64,000 bases of DNA from Tubulanus polymorphus (GCF_964204645.1 NC_134030.1:7482778-7546777); one strand, 5' to 3'; numbered from the stretch's first letter, positions 47,601-62,100 are shown. Notes: a model not told the origin generated them from the letters alone. A program made the numbers and translations.

Positions 47601-50250
47601 CGGTTATGTACGGAAACAATGTAGATTCTGTTGTCAAGGTTACGACTGTGATAGAAGCGTTCCGAAAATACGACTACCAAGTAGGTTTTAAGTGCACGCA
47701 TCAATTGCCAGGGGTGCGCTTACGTTCAAAATATCGAGTTGCGTAATAATCTTGATTTAGCTCAAATTGGCCGTACTGGTCTTATGGCCAGTCGCAGATT
47801 ATTAGTTACTGGTCGTTCATTCTATCTTCAGGGTCAAATTTAAGAGGTTGTCTCGGGGGTCCGCTCATCCTCTCGCAACTTGCATCTTTTCGGGTGTATT
47901 TCGTCGAAAATACCCAACACCTAGGGTAGGACCCACTTGTAGCCTTGGGCGTGGCTGCTTTATCCGAGAAATGCTTTATCCTTTTCTTTTTTTCTGGAGC
48001 CCGCACCTTCAAATTTTCCGAGATCCGCCCCTGATTTTGGAAATTCTAAGTGAAACGGTTTGAAATGTTCCCTCCGCAAAAATCATCAATTCCCACTAAA
48101 TCTGAAGCTGTCGTGCAAGAGATCATTAAGTCGGCGCTCGTAGTTTATTTCGGATATTGTAATTTAACTGTCAGATTGTATAAAGCGAGTGTATATCAAA
48201 TCATGCAAATCTGTATGAGAACGACAGAAAAGCAATTCCTTTTCGCATAGTTATCGGCATTTTCCATGAAGAATGATACTCTCGTAACAGTCTCTTAAAG
48301 AGCGGGAGGGTTAGGAGTGAAGGCGGTTGAATGCGAGGTAAAGGGTCTATACTGTAGTTCACGTGCATCGCAGCGTATCATTTGGCTGTAAGCTGAAAAC
48401 TAACATGGAAATCTGACGTAGGAATCAAGATATTAGAACTAAAATGAGTTGCTTTGTTGATGCGCCTCTCTGAATCGACGGTGAATCCGCGCTCGCATGC
48501 CACAAGTAGAATCTTTCATTACCAGACGATTGCACTGTCAGGAAACGACTGTATAACACATACGTAAAAGTAAATGATGGATAATATACTCTTTTGTGCG
48601 CGTATTCGGCATTCCAATATTTGTTTTACGTCAAGCTGAATAGCAAAATTGCCCACTCAATAACTACCGATACTCCGACAACAACGAAGGAATTGGGTAA
48701 CATTTCCCATTCATATTGATTAATGTAAATATTTGAGAACATACACAATGTTCAGAGTATCATCTATACATATAACGCGTCAAAAAATATATTTCTATGA
48801 ATAAAAGTGCGAAATATGCCGTCTCCAGGCCAAAGACTAGGTTTAACTCTAGTTCATGGACGTATAAACTAGAATTTCTCTGATTTTATACTTCGATGGG
48901 TCACCTAAGATAGTCAGGTTTCTCAGTATATTCGTTGTATTGGTGTGAATTAGTTGAGTCCATATTCTGCCGACGTGCGTAAACGAATAAGATAATCTTA
49001 GCTAACCCTCCTTATATTTGTAAATGATAACATGTTGAAGTTTCCATAAGTGTCATACCAAACGATTGGTTTCGGTTAGCGAAGGAAGGTGATTGACAAA
49101 TATACGTCGAACTAACGGGTAGACTCTTTAACGGGGTTACGGTGGCCGATTCGGGCCGCGCCAACATTTTTGAACGAGAAAATACTGGAAAAAAACTGAT
49201 AACGAGAAAAATACGCCATACAATGTAAATATATTTTGTCTGCTTTTACAGAAGATTGCGCAGCGTGGGGAAATTGGACTCGCTGCGATAACGCGTGCAA
49301 AGGCAGAAAGCGACGGAAGCGTGACTGCACGAAATACGAAATAACACCTGATGGGAACATGATACATTTCACCCCCGTCCGACCGAAATTATTACTCAAC
49401 GATACGTTCAACTTTATCTCCGATAGTTATATAATGACGAAAAAGAAATTAGAAAGACAAAGTGAACGGTGTTGGCATCCGTTAGTGTGTAATGGTGAGT
49501 TCAGGTTTTTAAGTTCAATTTCGAACTTATTTCACGGAAAGTACATGGCAGGCTATATACATAGATAATAAATTGAACAGCGGTGAGGTGAGACAGGCCT
49601 ATGCACATTCGTCGAAAATAGTGTGGAAAAGGGGAAAATGATAATAAATATAGCTGCAAAGCAGCGAAGAGATTTTCAGCACCAAAAAAAACAAAAAATA
49701 AGACAAACAATTTTTCATCAAGTACAATTATTCAAACAGAGAAAGAAAAGTAGCATTTCGTATGCGCACTGCACTCAAAACTGATTAAGAAAATGTCATG
49801 GAATAGTACAGAACCCGTTGTTTATTCTTAGGAACAGAAGCCAACGCACCGAAAGCAACCGAGGAAAGTAAGAATTCCCAAGTCAAAGACGACACTCAGA
49901 AGGCGGTGAACGAAACCTCCGTTCTAACTGACAAATCAGAAAATTGTCTAACTTTGTAAGTTTGGCTTGATTGCGTTAAACACACATTATTCTTTTCGAT
50001 TTACATATCGCCCCCGCTGTATACGCGAGATGAGTTCTTAATGATGTTCTCTACTTCTTAATGATTTTCTAGGAAAGGAAAATCATTGACGGATGGTGGA
50101 ACCAATGTTAATGATAATTCGACATATTCTACGCTTTGTACGGGTGAAGTTACAGAGAATCGAAAGTCGAACTGTTGCATTTTGCTCGGTAGCAATCTTG
50201 TATTTAAAGGTTTATTTGTAATATGGACTGTCGTTTATATCCTGTTGTAA
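41689..50250 (+). CDS. Secreted, probably GPI-anchored Ly6/uPAR (three-finger) plus TSP1-domain protein, 312 aa
   Basis: Seven phase-compatible exons: 41689-41749, 45733-45866, 46530-46604, 47557-47680, 49252-49494, 49832-49955, 50073-50250 (939 nt, open frame). Signal peptide MLLRRDQWIGFIILLISCTIGLC; LU-type Cys pattern CRVC..C..C..C..C..C..C..CRFCCQGYDCD; TSP1 motif WGNWTRCDNACKGRKRRKRDC; hydrophobic C-terminus LVFKGLFVIWTVVYILL*; AATAAA near 50318. The first exon is the least certain. Confidence 0.8.
47098..47400. mobile_element. Degenerate Harbinger-like MITE in an intron
   Basis: TAGTGGCTGTCTATAAAAGACGT ... TTTCATGGGCATCCCCTTA, with internal CCCC..TGTCCAC motifs. Confidence 0.45.
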
Positions 50251-50559
50251 ATGTTCGCGTCTTGCGGCGTTTTATGTGTACATGTTTTAATGTATTTAAA
50301 AAGATATGATTTTTATCAATAAATAAAGGATTTACTGAAATCTACTCTTTGCGCTAAAAATCATTCTGGACGGAGCGAATATTTATCTACTCTAAAATGC
50401 TTTTTCGCTTTTCAATGGACGCACTAGGGATTTCGATTAGTTGGGAGTAAAGGGGGTTCGAACCTACGCAAATCTACGAGACACGAACGATGAAATACTC
50501 GACGAGAACCGATGCGTTCTTGTATTTGTGTTGTCGACCAAAAGACGATGGCGTTTAGT

Positions 50560-50725
50560 GGAGGTTTTAATGTGAAAAACATGTAATATGCCCGCCTTGT
50601 CAAAAATTCTTCAAACAATCTACGAGGACCTTCGAGTTTGAAAAGGATGTCGATGTTAGTAATTGAAATACGATGGAACAGGGTGGAACTCTTCCAGATG
50701 GTAGTTGTCGAATATCTCCCATTAT
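50560..50725 (-). mobile_element. Possible BEL/Pao integrase remnant
   Basis: Frameshifted MGDIRQLPSGRVPPCSIVF / ITNID..GP..RRAYYMFFT resembles the BEL integrase motif M.DLP..RV.P..PF..TGID..GP..KRY..LFTC. Confidence 0.3.
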
Positions 50726-53121
50726 TATGGACCCTTAACTCGCTGAACAGATATTTAATTATTGTTCCCAAATACTTCAGCTACATATATCATACATAGC
50801 GTCAGCCGCTTGACACTCAATCCGTCATCTATTCTGGACCAATGATGATCACAATTAATAAACCGGGTTCAAACTTGGGACACCCACATCATCAACTCTC
50901 AGGTTCAGTGATGTATAGTGGGACATCCATTTTCGTCCTCTATCCATCACCGCACCACTCGTGTTTCTTTTGCTTTGAATGGTGGAAGAATAGCCATACT
51001 CTGACGCGGAGAACAGATGATTAGTTCAAATCTACTTTATACAAAATTCAATTGAATAGTACTAAACATTAAACTAAATTAACAAAAAGGATGTTTTAGT
51101 GAATAACCAACATTTTCATGCTATTTTCTGAAATATTTTGTTGAAGCACGAATTAATTCACCATCCTCGACTGCCATGTAGCATTCCCACCTAACTCCAC
51201 GACTTAACTGAATAATAACCAGTGCGCAAGTTAAATATCTCTCCAGATCAGAAATCGTAGAGAAATACAAAAACCTCTCGAAATAGAAACAAGAAGCATT
51301 TGAAATACATCTATGAATTCAAAACTGTTCAATTTACATTTGATTGAATTAGTAAATAAGGCAACGTAAATGATTTTTCTATCGTTATCGAACTTGTGTA
51401 GAAACGAAAGAATATGGTTCTACGTCTATATCATATTTGTTTGACAGTCGTTTCTATACGAATCGATGAACTTGGCCCATAGATACCACATGCCCATGGC
51501 GAGTGCCAGAAAAATCCGATCAAAATTCTAGGACTAGAAACAATTTGGAACAAAATTTAGCGAACGACATGTCCTGTTTGTATGGCCATTTTATCCTGTG
51601 CGCGTTTGATCAGGTTAACAGGTACGGATCCAAGCTGGATGAAAGGGGGAGTTCATCTCATATGAAAAGAGCACTTTTAAGTCGTGGTCCCGGTTCACCG
51701 GCGAGCGCTGCAGACACAAAGTGCTAGTAGAGAAGTCTGGGGCCCTCCCCGGAATGATTTTGAAAATCCAGGTACATTTTTTTGCAATTTTAGTGCATAT
51801 CATACCAAAATCAGTACAGGGGCTAAGAAGCCTATATCATTTGGTTTTTCAAATGAGTTACTTGGTCAGAGAGGGGAGATTTAACCCCCTCCCCTCCCCC
51901 TTTGGATCTACCACTGGTGTAGTTCATTAATAAAATGCGCCGAGATGATCCAAAATGTATTTTGTATAGTTAACCCATGAGACACCGTCCAGACTTGGAA
52001 AGTGGTCACCTGCTCATTAGGAGACACCGGCCAGAAAATCGTCTCCTACGCATATGAGGACAGACAGACACACTTTCTTTTGGTCTCCTATGCCCGAGAT
52101 AGTCCGGTCGGTTTATTTTATAATTGGCTCACGAGAATCATTTGATAGTTCAGCAAAATTCCAATAGATGGCGAAAATGTCGCAATTAGTAGCTATCACC
52201 TATACTCAAATCAGGACCTCTCTGGATCAGTATCAGTAATTTCTGGGTTCGAATCTGGGACATCCATTCAGCATATGGACCAGTCATATTCACTATCGAT
52301 AATAATGATTGATCCTGATCGTTTGATCCTTGGACACCGCGTGGCAATCATCTAATCTAGACCACACAGATTCTGAATCAATAAAATTACTGGCTTCAAT
52401 CATTGCAAGACGTCCTGGTTCATCCTCTCTCTGGACCAGTGGGAATCACAATCAGCAATGACTAGCTTCAAACCTAGGTCACCAATATTCTCCTCAGAGT
52501 CTAAACAAGTCGAAACTATCCTTCATTTCAGTGAAAACAGACAAATTCGTATCTAAGTTCTGATAAACAATATGTATATTTCTTTATTTAAATTACACGC
52601 ATTATTCCTAAAACTTCTACATCCGCATGTATAATTAGTTTACATGAATACGATATTCTGTAGTAACAATAATCATTTTTCAACAATAGAACCAACCACT
52701 CCTACTACAAACATAACTATCCTTTAGTTAAATCAATAGAGATGAAAGGATGTTCTTGACCTCCTCCCTGATAGACACTACCATTAAGGATTGCCACCCT
52801 CAAAAATGTCCTATGACCTTATATGGCTAAAAAAAAGTGTTTCTCATTTCTGCTGAGCTTAAAAGGTTGACCTGGCCAGCCGCCTATCTACCCTGTACAC
52901 AACTTCTTTTTAAAATTTGAGTCATGATCATGATTTTTCTTTAGCCTTATACTGCCTAACAGCGATTTACTCTATAGACACTTTAAACAGAAACATAGCC
53001 GTGAAAAGATCACTAGTGACATCATACAGGGACTTTAGGCAGCCATGCATTCAAGGAAGGGTCTAATAGCACTTTCTAAACAAGTCACAAAAATAACAGA
53101 AGTGATTGATGCGGCACGCTT

Positions 53122-56100
53122 TCAAGTATCGCCAGGCAGTTGATCGAGCATTATCGACGAGATTGCCGCTTGAGTCTCACTTGCCATAGTCATAGCAACA
53201 GAACTGTTTGGTTGTTGTATTACATTTACACCGGCAGCGGGGGCCGCTAATCGAACAGTCTGACCGATACCGGGTGGTGGTGTTATTATCCGAGCGTACA
53301 CGGGTCCAGTTTTTGATTTCGCCGCGCCAGATGCCGGTGGAGACTTGCCCTTCGATGGTAGAGGCGGAGTCGGCACTTGACGGACAGCTGTCGTTTGGCC
53401 ACCAGCCTGCGTAATGAGGAATGTTGTCTGAGCTGGTTTACCTCCCGGCTGCGTTAACACCGTTTTCACTAGTTGAATATTCTGAGCTGGCTTTCCTCCT
53501 GAAATATCGATGAAATGAGACATATTTTAACTCCCTCTAGTGCTGGAGATAATTTGGAAATTATAAAACATTCTAACCCTATGTGTTGAGTAACAGGCGT
53601 ATCGCTATAATGTGCCCTCACTGCATTGCAGTGTATTGTCAGTTACAAATATTTAAATGTTCGACAAGTATAGCTATCTTCATCAGAGATAACATCTAAT
53701 TACTAATTACATCTAAACGTCAAAATGCGATGTAGTAGCAAAATCTATCCCCGATTTATACACCACACTGCAGTGTAGACACACCGAAAAATATTTTTTA
53801 CTATGAGCCAGATTTTCATTATGTTTACAATAGACTCCTTACTCGGAAACAGTCCAACTCACAAAACTGCCTTTTTTGTGAAGATTTTTCACTTTCAACC
53901 GATTCTGCGCAGGTCAACTCGTTAATGCCCCTACCTGAGGTTATTTGTTGAGGTCGCACTAGTTTAGCCGCTTGTGCCTGTGCTGCTGCCTGTTGAACCA
54001 GTAGGTGCGCTGGTATTGCGCCTCCCTGACTCGACACCAATTTAACACCCGTTGATGCGGCCGCTGCTGCAGCTGGTGGATGAAAACGAATTGTGATTAA
54101 ATGGATTATCGACTTTGTTTACAAGTCAAGTCGAGCAGATACGCAATTAAATGAGATGAATATATGAGAATTCAGCCAAAGATATAAAGTTCTAGAGTAG
54201 AAGGTTTATATATCGAGTGATATTTTGGCTTAAGACTATTATAGCCATCATCAGGCGCTCTTGTGATGGCTAATAGTCTCTTGCCAAAACTTTGCTCAAT
54301 TTATGAATCTTCTACTCCAGAACTTCACATCACTGGCTGAATTAATTTTTTGTTTACAACATTTATCCATATCATTCTAAAGCAAAAACTGACCTTGTTT
54401 TAACGCGAGGCCGCTTTGACCAACTTGATGAACAACCAGACCACCCTGTCCGCCTTGACCGACGATCTTAGCTCCCGGTGAGCCAGGGGGCGTAGCCGTG
54501 CGGCCGGCTTGTAATATTTGACTAATTACTCCCGATGCTGAAACAAAAGTGATTCATATTCAGCATTACATGCTGCTCCAGATTTAAGTGGGGTCTAGTT
54601 TTTATCTCGTAAACTTACCCGAACTGGTTGAAGCTGGAATCGTGGTGCCTCCTTTTGTAACGACGCTTATTTTGCCCGTAGATGCTCCGTGTATCCCACC
54701 CGATGTCGGCTTACCACCGGCGGATAACGTCAGAGTCTTATTCGTGCCGACCGACATCGGCTTTCCACCAGTCGCCATCGCAACAGCTTTCCCTCCGGCG
54801 ACGATAACGGGTTTTCCCCCAATTGACATGGACAATGGTTTACCACCAGCCATAGACAGCGGTTTTCCAGTGGTCGTCATGGACACAGGCTTACCGCCGA
54901 CGACGGACAGCGGCTTTCCAGTTGTTGCCATTGAAACAGGCTTGCCGCCGACGATTGACATGGGCTTCCCACCGATCAGAGATACTGGCTTACCGCCGGC
55001 AGCCATTGTTACCGGTTTGCCGCTTATAGCCATAGAAACAGGCTTCCCACTAATCATAGAATGCTGAGACGTTGCGCTAGTAGCCATCGTTACGGGTTTT
55101 CCTCCTGAAATAAACAACTCATACTTTGAACCTCTAGCAATTGTTCTAAAAGAGAGAGTGAGAGCCAATAGTGTAATAACAGAGTATCCAATGATCATCA
55201 GATACGCATGAAATGAATTAATCTCCGTTAACTGAAACAATCAATAGGCAGGAACAGTTCTCGGGCTCAGGCTCCAACTCAACTCAGAAATTACTATGCC
55301 TTAAATCCCATTGCATTATGGATAAGATGTATCTAGGGCCAATAGCTTAATTTTGTAAAGGCAAAGAATATATCAAGACAAAGAAAAAAAAGTTTCCGTC
55401 GATGATAATTTTTATCAATGTTGACTAAAGGTTAATTTTTCAAATATTTGATGGGTGGGATGAAATCTTCAATTTCATTTCACAAAACTTTCCCTAAAAA
55501 GTTGTGAGTCAGCACTTATACCGTAAGCGAAGACTTTATGAGTAGTTAATGCTGTGTCAAATTTCAAAATCTACCTATTTTGATTGTCTGTAGCTGTTGG
55601 CCGTGTTTATGCGTCGCGTTGACGGTGTTCGCCAGTAGATTTCCCATCGTCACCATTTGCGGCTGTTGTTGCACCAGTCGCGCCATAACCGGTTTGGAAA
55701 TCGGTGGAGTGCCCGGTTTTGGATTCGTCGCTGGTATGGAAGTCACTTTCGGACTCACGGCCCGACCCGCCTGAAAGAAACGAGGGTTGAAAGGTACATT
55801 TAACGATCAGAGACCGGGTCAATGTTGTTTTAGGTTTAACGCTTTTACAGGTATCAAATGGCAGTCCTGAATGATGCAGACAAACTGAGGGTTGACTGTG
55901 ATTGAGATGAAAGATAAACACCAGACATAAGACATTTTATCACCACTGTTAAAGGTGGATATCCAGGCTGCATGCTTCATTTGTGAATGCTTTAAGGGGG
56001 AAAGCATCAGCGCATAGGACGAGAACTCCACAAGTCGCCCGTAGCAATCAACGAACTTCCCTCTGGCAACAGTACGCCAACGGTCTATGAATTGAGAACT

Positions 56101-59100
56101 TACCTGTGATTCATTGGTGGAAGACAACACTGTCGCAGATTTTGAGCCGGCGCTAGAAATGACGACCGATTCCGATTGCTGAGGCTGTTGTTGTTGTTGC
56201 TGTTGTTGAATGATACTAAATGCTACAGGTTTACTACCGGCTGTCAGGTGTCGTGGGCTGTTTGGCTGTACGAACGTAAATGCCATCGGTTTGCCACCGG
56301 ATTGATTAAACATCAGACGTTGACCTAACATCGTCGCTTGCTGCAAAGCTGCCGCTGCGGTCGCTGGCTTACCGACTTGTACGCTAGTCGGCATCAACCC
56401 TTCTTTACTTATAGCTTGTGCCTGCTACAAGAAATAGAAATTTCATTCAGTGAAGGTAGGTTTGAGTAGAGTACAGTAAATTAATCCGCATATTATTTGT
56501 GGTTCCCTAAACATGAATTTATGTAAAATGCGATGTTTAATCTATTCTCATAGACCAGATTATTTTCATCTTTTAGTCCCAAATGATTCACAAAAAGTCA
56601 GTCATTTTGGCAGCGAACAAAACAGAAAGCTTTCATCAACAGGGTGTGGCCCCTAACATTCACTTATCTATGAATTTATATAAAGTGATGACAAAAGACT
56701 CCCTGAGTGAATCTGCAGGTAAATAGGTGAAATTATTCTCAAAATGTTGAAATTAATTCTTAAATCTTTCATGAACTACGTATTGATAAAGAAAAATCTC
56801 GTCAATAACATATCCAAGTTTCCAAGGTTTTCAGCTAATAGCAAAATTTGTTCAGTTTCCTGATTTCTGAATCTTGAGTTCGCTGATTTCTAAAGTTTTC
56901 CAGGTCAGTGGCCACTCTGATTAAATCGTCGATCACAACTCACCTGTAATAATCCAGCGACACTAACTTTAGGACTAGCAGACGCGCGCGACGTTGTCAC
57001 ACGAGATGACGACGTAACGCTGAGCGATCGACCGAGGGCCGGAGCTCCGATCAGCGCCGATACACGCGGCGTCGTCGGTGCGCTCAATATTTTCCCCGAA
57101 CTGGTGGTGGCGGGTGGTAGCGTTTTTACAGCGGCACTGGCACTGGACGCGGCCATGTTTAATACGCTGGACACCGAACGAGTAGGTGTCAGTTTCGTCA
57201 GCGACGTTACCGGAGACGACTTGCTGATTTGTTGCGACAGTAAGGCTGTATCGAGTATACAATCGGCATCTTTCTTCATCTGCAAAAACAGAAGATTGAG
57301 CAATAGTTAACCACGCTTAAATCAGAGACATTGCCAACTTAAGACTTTTGACTGGGATTAAAACAAAATCATTTTCTGACTTTCCTATCCGTAACATGAA
57401 ATTTTGCTTAACTCTGATTAATTCTGCCAGTCTCAGTGCGTCCAGGTTAGGCAGTTTACTGTAGTTGCCCCTGATATTACAGTTAACCTCAATTGATGTG
57501 GTTCACTTGATACTAGTTCGTTCAATCCAGATTAAACCAGATAACTAATATACAGTTATGTATCAAGGATAAGAACAAAATGCCTATCAACTCATCCAGA
57601 TTAAGTGAGACGAATGCTTAGACAATTTGTACCTTCGGTGGTCTGGGTTGTTTTTGAGTAAGGGCCTTCTTGGCTTTTACGGCAGCTCCTTGGGCTTGGT
57701 GTATCCGTTCTACAGAAAATTTAAAACATATAAAGTCAAATGTTGTATCCACTCTTCCGACATAGTGTGGCATGCAAGGGCACACGTCGCCTCGCCGATC
57801 TTGATTTCCAAGCTTAAGACAAATTCTTACCGAATTCCGTTTCAATGCGATTTCTGTGTAGATAAATCCACAGTTTTCGATTGACGTCGTATTTTACACA
57901 CGGGTCTTTCTCGTAGTGCAGCCGATCCAAAGCACCGCTAACTACTGTATTTATCTGCAGGAACAAACGAAATACCGGGGTAAAACTAGGGGTACAGAGG
58001 TGCTGAGCCTTCTTGGAAACTGGGGAAATGCTCGACCCAATCGGACAATTACGATATCCAACACCCCTGGTGTTCATTTACAGAAATCAATGAATTTCAG
58101 AACAATCACAGAACAAGACATGGGCTGCCATTTTGGTAACTAATCATACATAAGTGCCCATATGAGGCTATTTCAACGTCCCCTAAAGGAGAAAACAATA
58201 TGTTCAACTATATACCAATCCAGCAACTGTATCCTATGTAAGTGCTCGGTCACGAGTGGAAGTCAACAAACTAACCTGAGAATCTGTGACCCCCGGTGCA
58301 ATGAACAGCGAATCTTTCAACAGTTCACAGATATCGCTCCGAGTTCCTTCCCCATTCGGCAGACGCGCCGCAGCATCCCTGACTGTAGAAAAATGTAAAT
58401 GATAATCACCTGATTAAATCCGAGGAATTTCTTGGTTTAAAATGTCACCATTTATTCATTTTTATTGAATATCGTATTGATAAAGGGACGCGTGGTCAAT
58501 TGCATTATCCAAATTCCCTGAATTTTCCAGAGGTTCCCCCAAATTTTCTGATCCTCTGATTTTAACAGGATAGAGGCCACCCTGATTTTCTTTCGTATTA
58601 AAATCCAAGTGTTCTTCTTTTACGTACCTAGAGTGAGTATGGTTACGTAAGCCGGTCGATCGCCGATCAGCAAAGCGTGTTCCCGCGCTTTATTCATAGC
58701 GCCGTCTTTCGTATAGACGCCTTTCACCGGTCCGACGACCGCCTCGTAGCCGTGCATTCGATACGTAAATGCTTTGTGCGGATTCTCGAACCGTTGTTTC
58801 TCTTGTACGCGGAATATTCGTCGTTCGTCTTCCGTTGTATGCCGTACTACGAAAGATGTCCGTCTGCAAGAAAATTTCATTTTTTTCTGAAGACATTTTC
58901 AAGATAGTCTGCTTTGATATTTATCAGGGTGTTACCGGTTTCCCTACTTCATTTTCCATAACTTAAACATAAATTTTCCATAACAGCCTATAACCTAGAA
59001 CAGGCAATGCAGACCCATTCTAAGTAAATAATTGCTAATAGTCAATACCATCAACTAAGTGCTTTCATAAAGTATAAAGTTTGTTATCAAATATGTAGTA

Positions 59101-62100
59101 AGACATTTAGGTATAATGCCTAAAATAGAAGGAAAATTTCCTTTTCTGCCTTTGCCTATCCGTACCATAAACAAAGAAAATGATATTTCCATATCATTTC
59201 CCAGGCCTGGTATTAATTCCCATTTTCAAACTTTCCAAGACTTTCCAAACCACGTAATAACCCTAATTTGTTAATCATTGGATCGAAAATTTGATCGGGG
59301 AATTCATTCGATTCATTGTATCATTCTCATCAACTTACACTCTAGGTGGTGGAGGTGAACCTTCGCGATTATCCGTCAAGTCAGATGAAGCAGCACCTTT
59401 CAGCTGCATCCAATGCCGACACAACGGAATCAGCGCGGCGTCATCATCACGGCCTTGGCCAATCCATTTCCACAGTTGGGCCCGTTCCTTATAATCGACC
59501 AGTGGAACAAAGTTATCCAGAGTTAAGCCTGAAATTAAACACGAACACTCAGCGTTTGAACCCATCTCCTCCTGATAGAATCTTTCTAAGACTAGTAGTA
59601 GGAGCAAGGAAATTGAATCTTCAAAAGATCTGAATTCCCTGTGTTTCATAAGTAAGAGGTTAGATTCCTTGATTTTCCCAGCAGGAATTTTTTAATCCTG
59701 ATTTTTCCTGATCCGTACAAACCCGATCTTTTTAACGAAATTCTAACTTATGTAACCAGAACTTCTGTAATAAGATCAACGAAAGTGCAGACTCACCTAA
59801 AATGTCCCCGGAGAAGAACTTGAGTGCCGGACTGACCAACTCCATCCAATTAATATCCGTCGAAAACCAAGTATTAGTCGCGCTAAATGCCGTGTCCTGC
59901 CACTGTCTTACTTTCTCCTCCAACTACAAAAATAAACGTGACAACATTTTATATCTGTAGGTAAACTAACACGCTGTAACCCTCTCAATAGTCCTTCACC
60001 TATAACATTTTAAGAAGTACTCTAGGCGATGCGCTGTGAGCATATGTACCCCCTAGGCCTAAGTCCTCACACATCTTCGGATATTTGTCATTGGTCTATC
60101 TATTTGAATAATTATTGCACTACATATAATATCTGTTGTCCACTGTCCTATATTTTGACGCTATGTATCCATAAACTGTAAAGTCTGTCAAGACATTTTA
60201 CTAAACAAACCGTATTTAAATATCATTATTATTATTATCATTATCATAATTATTTGTGAAACATACTTTTGCTGTCGACACTCTGCCCTCCGGCGCTTCG
60301 CAGATCAAATCTTTCAGTAAACTGAAGAAGCATGCGTGTTGTCCGTAAACGAGCGGTTTCACGCGCAGTGACGCCGACGATTCGTTCGTAGCCTCGCTGT
60401 CGTATTCATCGGCTTCCTGTTTGACGCCCTCTAGTGCCGTTGCTGCGAGACTGTCCTCTTCATCGTTATGAGACGAAGTTGATGCCAATTTCTCTTTGAT
60501 TTTTTTCCTTCGAAATGCGTCTTTCGTCCGCACTCTCTTCTTAGCCGTTGAGACATTTGCCGTCCCACCTTAATCAATAGATCAAAAAGCAATTGTATGT
60601 ACTCATTTATTGATGTAATCCTCCAATGCCTCATGCAGAAAATATCCAATGACATCTGCTATGATCAGTGGAAATCAGAAGCTAGGTCGGGTATACCGTA
60701 CCACCCAACCTGTCCAAAAGTCTGTGAGATTCGAGAACATTAGCAGGAATCACCACGTGATGCTTTTAAGGCTCAGGTTGCAACACTTCCCCACTTAAGG
60801 CTTCCTCCACAGATTTAATCTGGAGGACGATTCAGCCTCCCTTTTGTGTTGAGCAGCTGAGGAAGGAAACAATCGACCACCTCTTTTCCTAACTGTTCAG
60901 AACACTGACTGAAAAGCGGACATTCGACCCTCAACTGGGTCTTGAAATTATCCTGAAAACCCATAACAACGAACGGACGTCATTGTGCGAAATAGTCAAG
61001 GAGAGACGACGACGGATCCATGCTAGGGCCATGCTGCCGGATGTATGAATTTTCAAGTTTCAAGTACAATTTAATGATATATTTAGTAAAAGGAACAAGG
61101 AATCATGAACTCAATAGTGTCAGAGATTGCGTAGACCTACCTTTATCAGCGGCGGTGGCTGGTTCGGTTGTAGGTGGTGTTTTCGGTGGAAGTTTTTTGA
61201 CATTGTGAACTCTTTCGATGATATCCTGTAACGTAATACCGGTCGTATCCAGTTCCGGATGTTCCTGAAAGTATGGCGAACGAAGTGAACCGACGACGAT
61301 TATTGCGTTATTGCCTATTTCAACTCACGAAGAGGATTACAAACTCCGAATATTCAGTTTATGAATGATATTCACCTCCATGTCTATTTTACGTTTTTTA
61401 TGTTTGATTAACATGTTCATGTAGTCGTCGTCTGTGACTTCGAATGGACTGGCGGGACCGGAATCTAGTAATATTTGACAATACAGATGATCGGATAAAA
61501 TTTCTGATGAAAGCGAGAATCATCGTAAAAATTATCAAAACGTTTTTAGACGAGTCTTACCGGACAAATCACCATTGATGGCGCTTTGAGGCATTAATGT
61601 CGATACGACAGAAGGAGGGGTAGCCTCGACGCTTGGTTCTGAGTAAAGTTTCCTCTTTTCACCAGCAGATGATATCAGATCTGAATATGAAATAGACAAT
61701 TGTGAACAGCATTACTTTGGTAATACTGCAGTCAGACCCAAATAGTCCAGCTTTCGCTCTAATTTCGTACAGTCCACTTAAACATGGATGTAAATATATA
61801 CATGTATAACGTTTGTAAAATGTTTGATCATATTATTACATTCTCAGTGCATTTACTGTTAACAAAAAATGGATTAAAACAATTCTATCCAGATCGAAAA
61901 CATATTTCGGCAAACCTTGTATGAGGTGTTCTTCGTCAGATGATGTGTCTGGTTCCCCACATTCTTCACGAAGTTCATGTAAAATCCTGGAAACCAACGA
62001 AATAAGTCATTATAGTTAATGCATTATAGGGTTTTTTGCCAACATAGAAGTGTCTACTGAAGACATACCTGAGATATTTTTTGCGAACGCGTTTCTCCAA

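Noticed and set aside
54588-55067. 159-aa plus-strand ORF
   Set aside because: It is the antisense shadow of the repetitive NFRKB exon.
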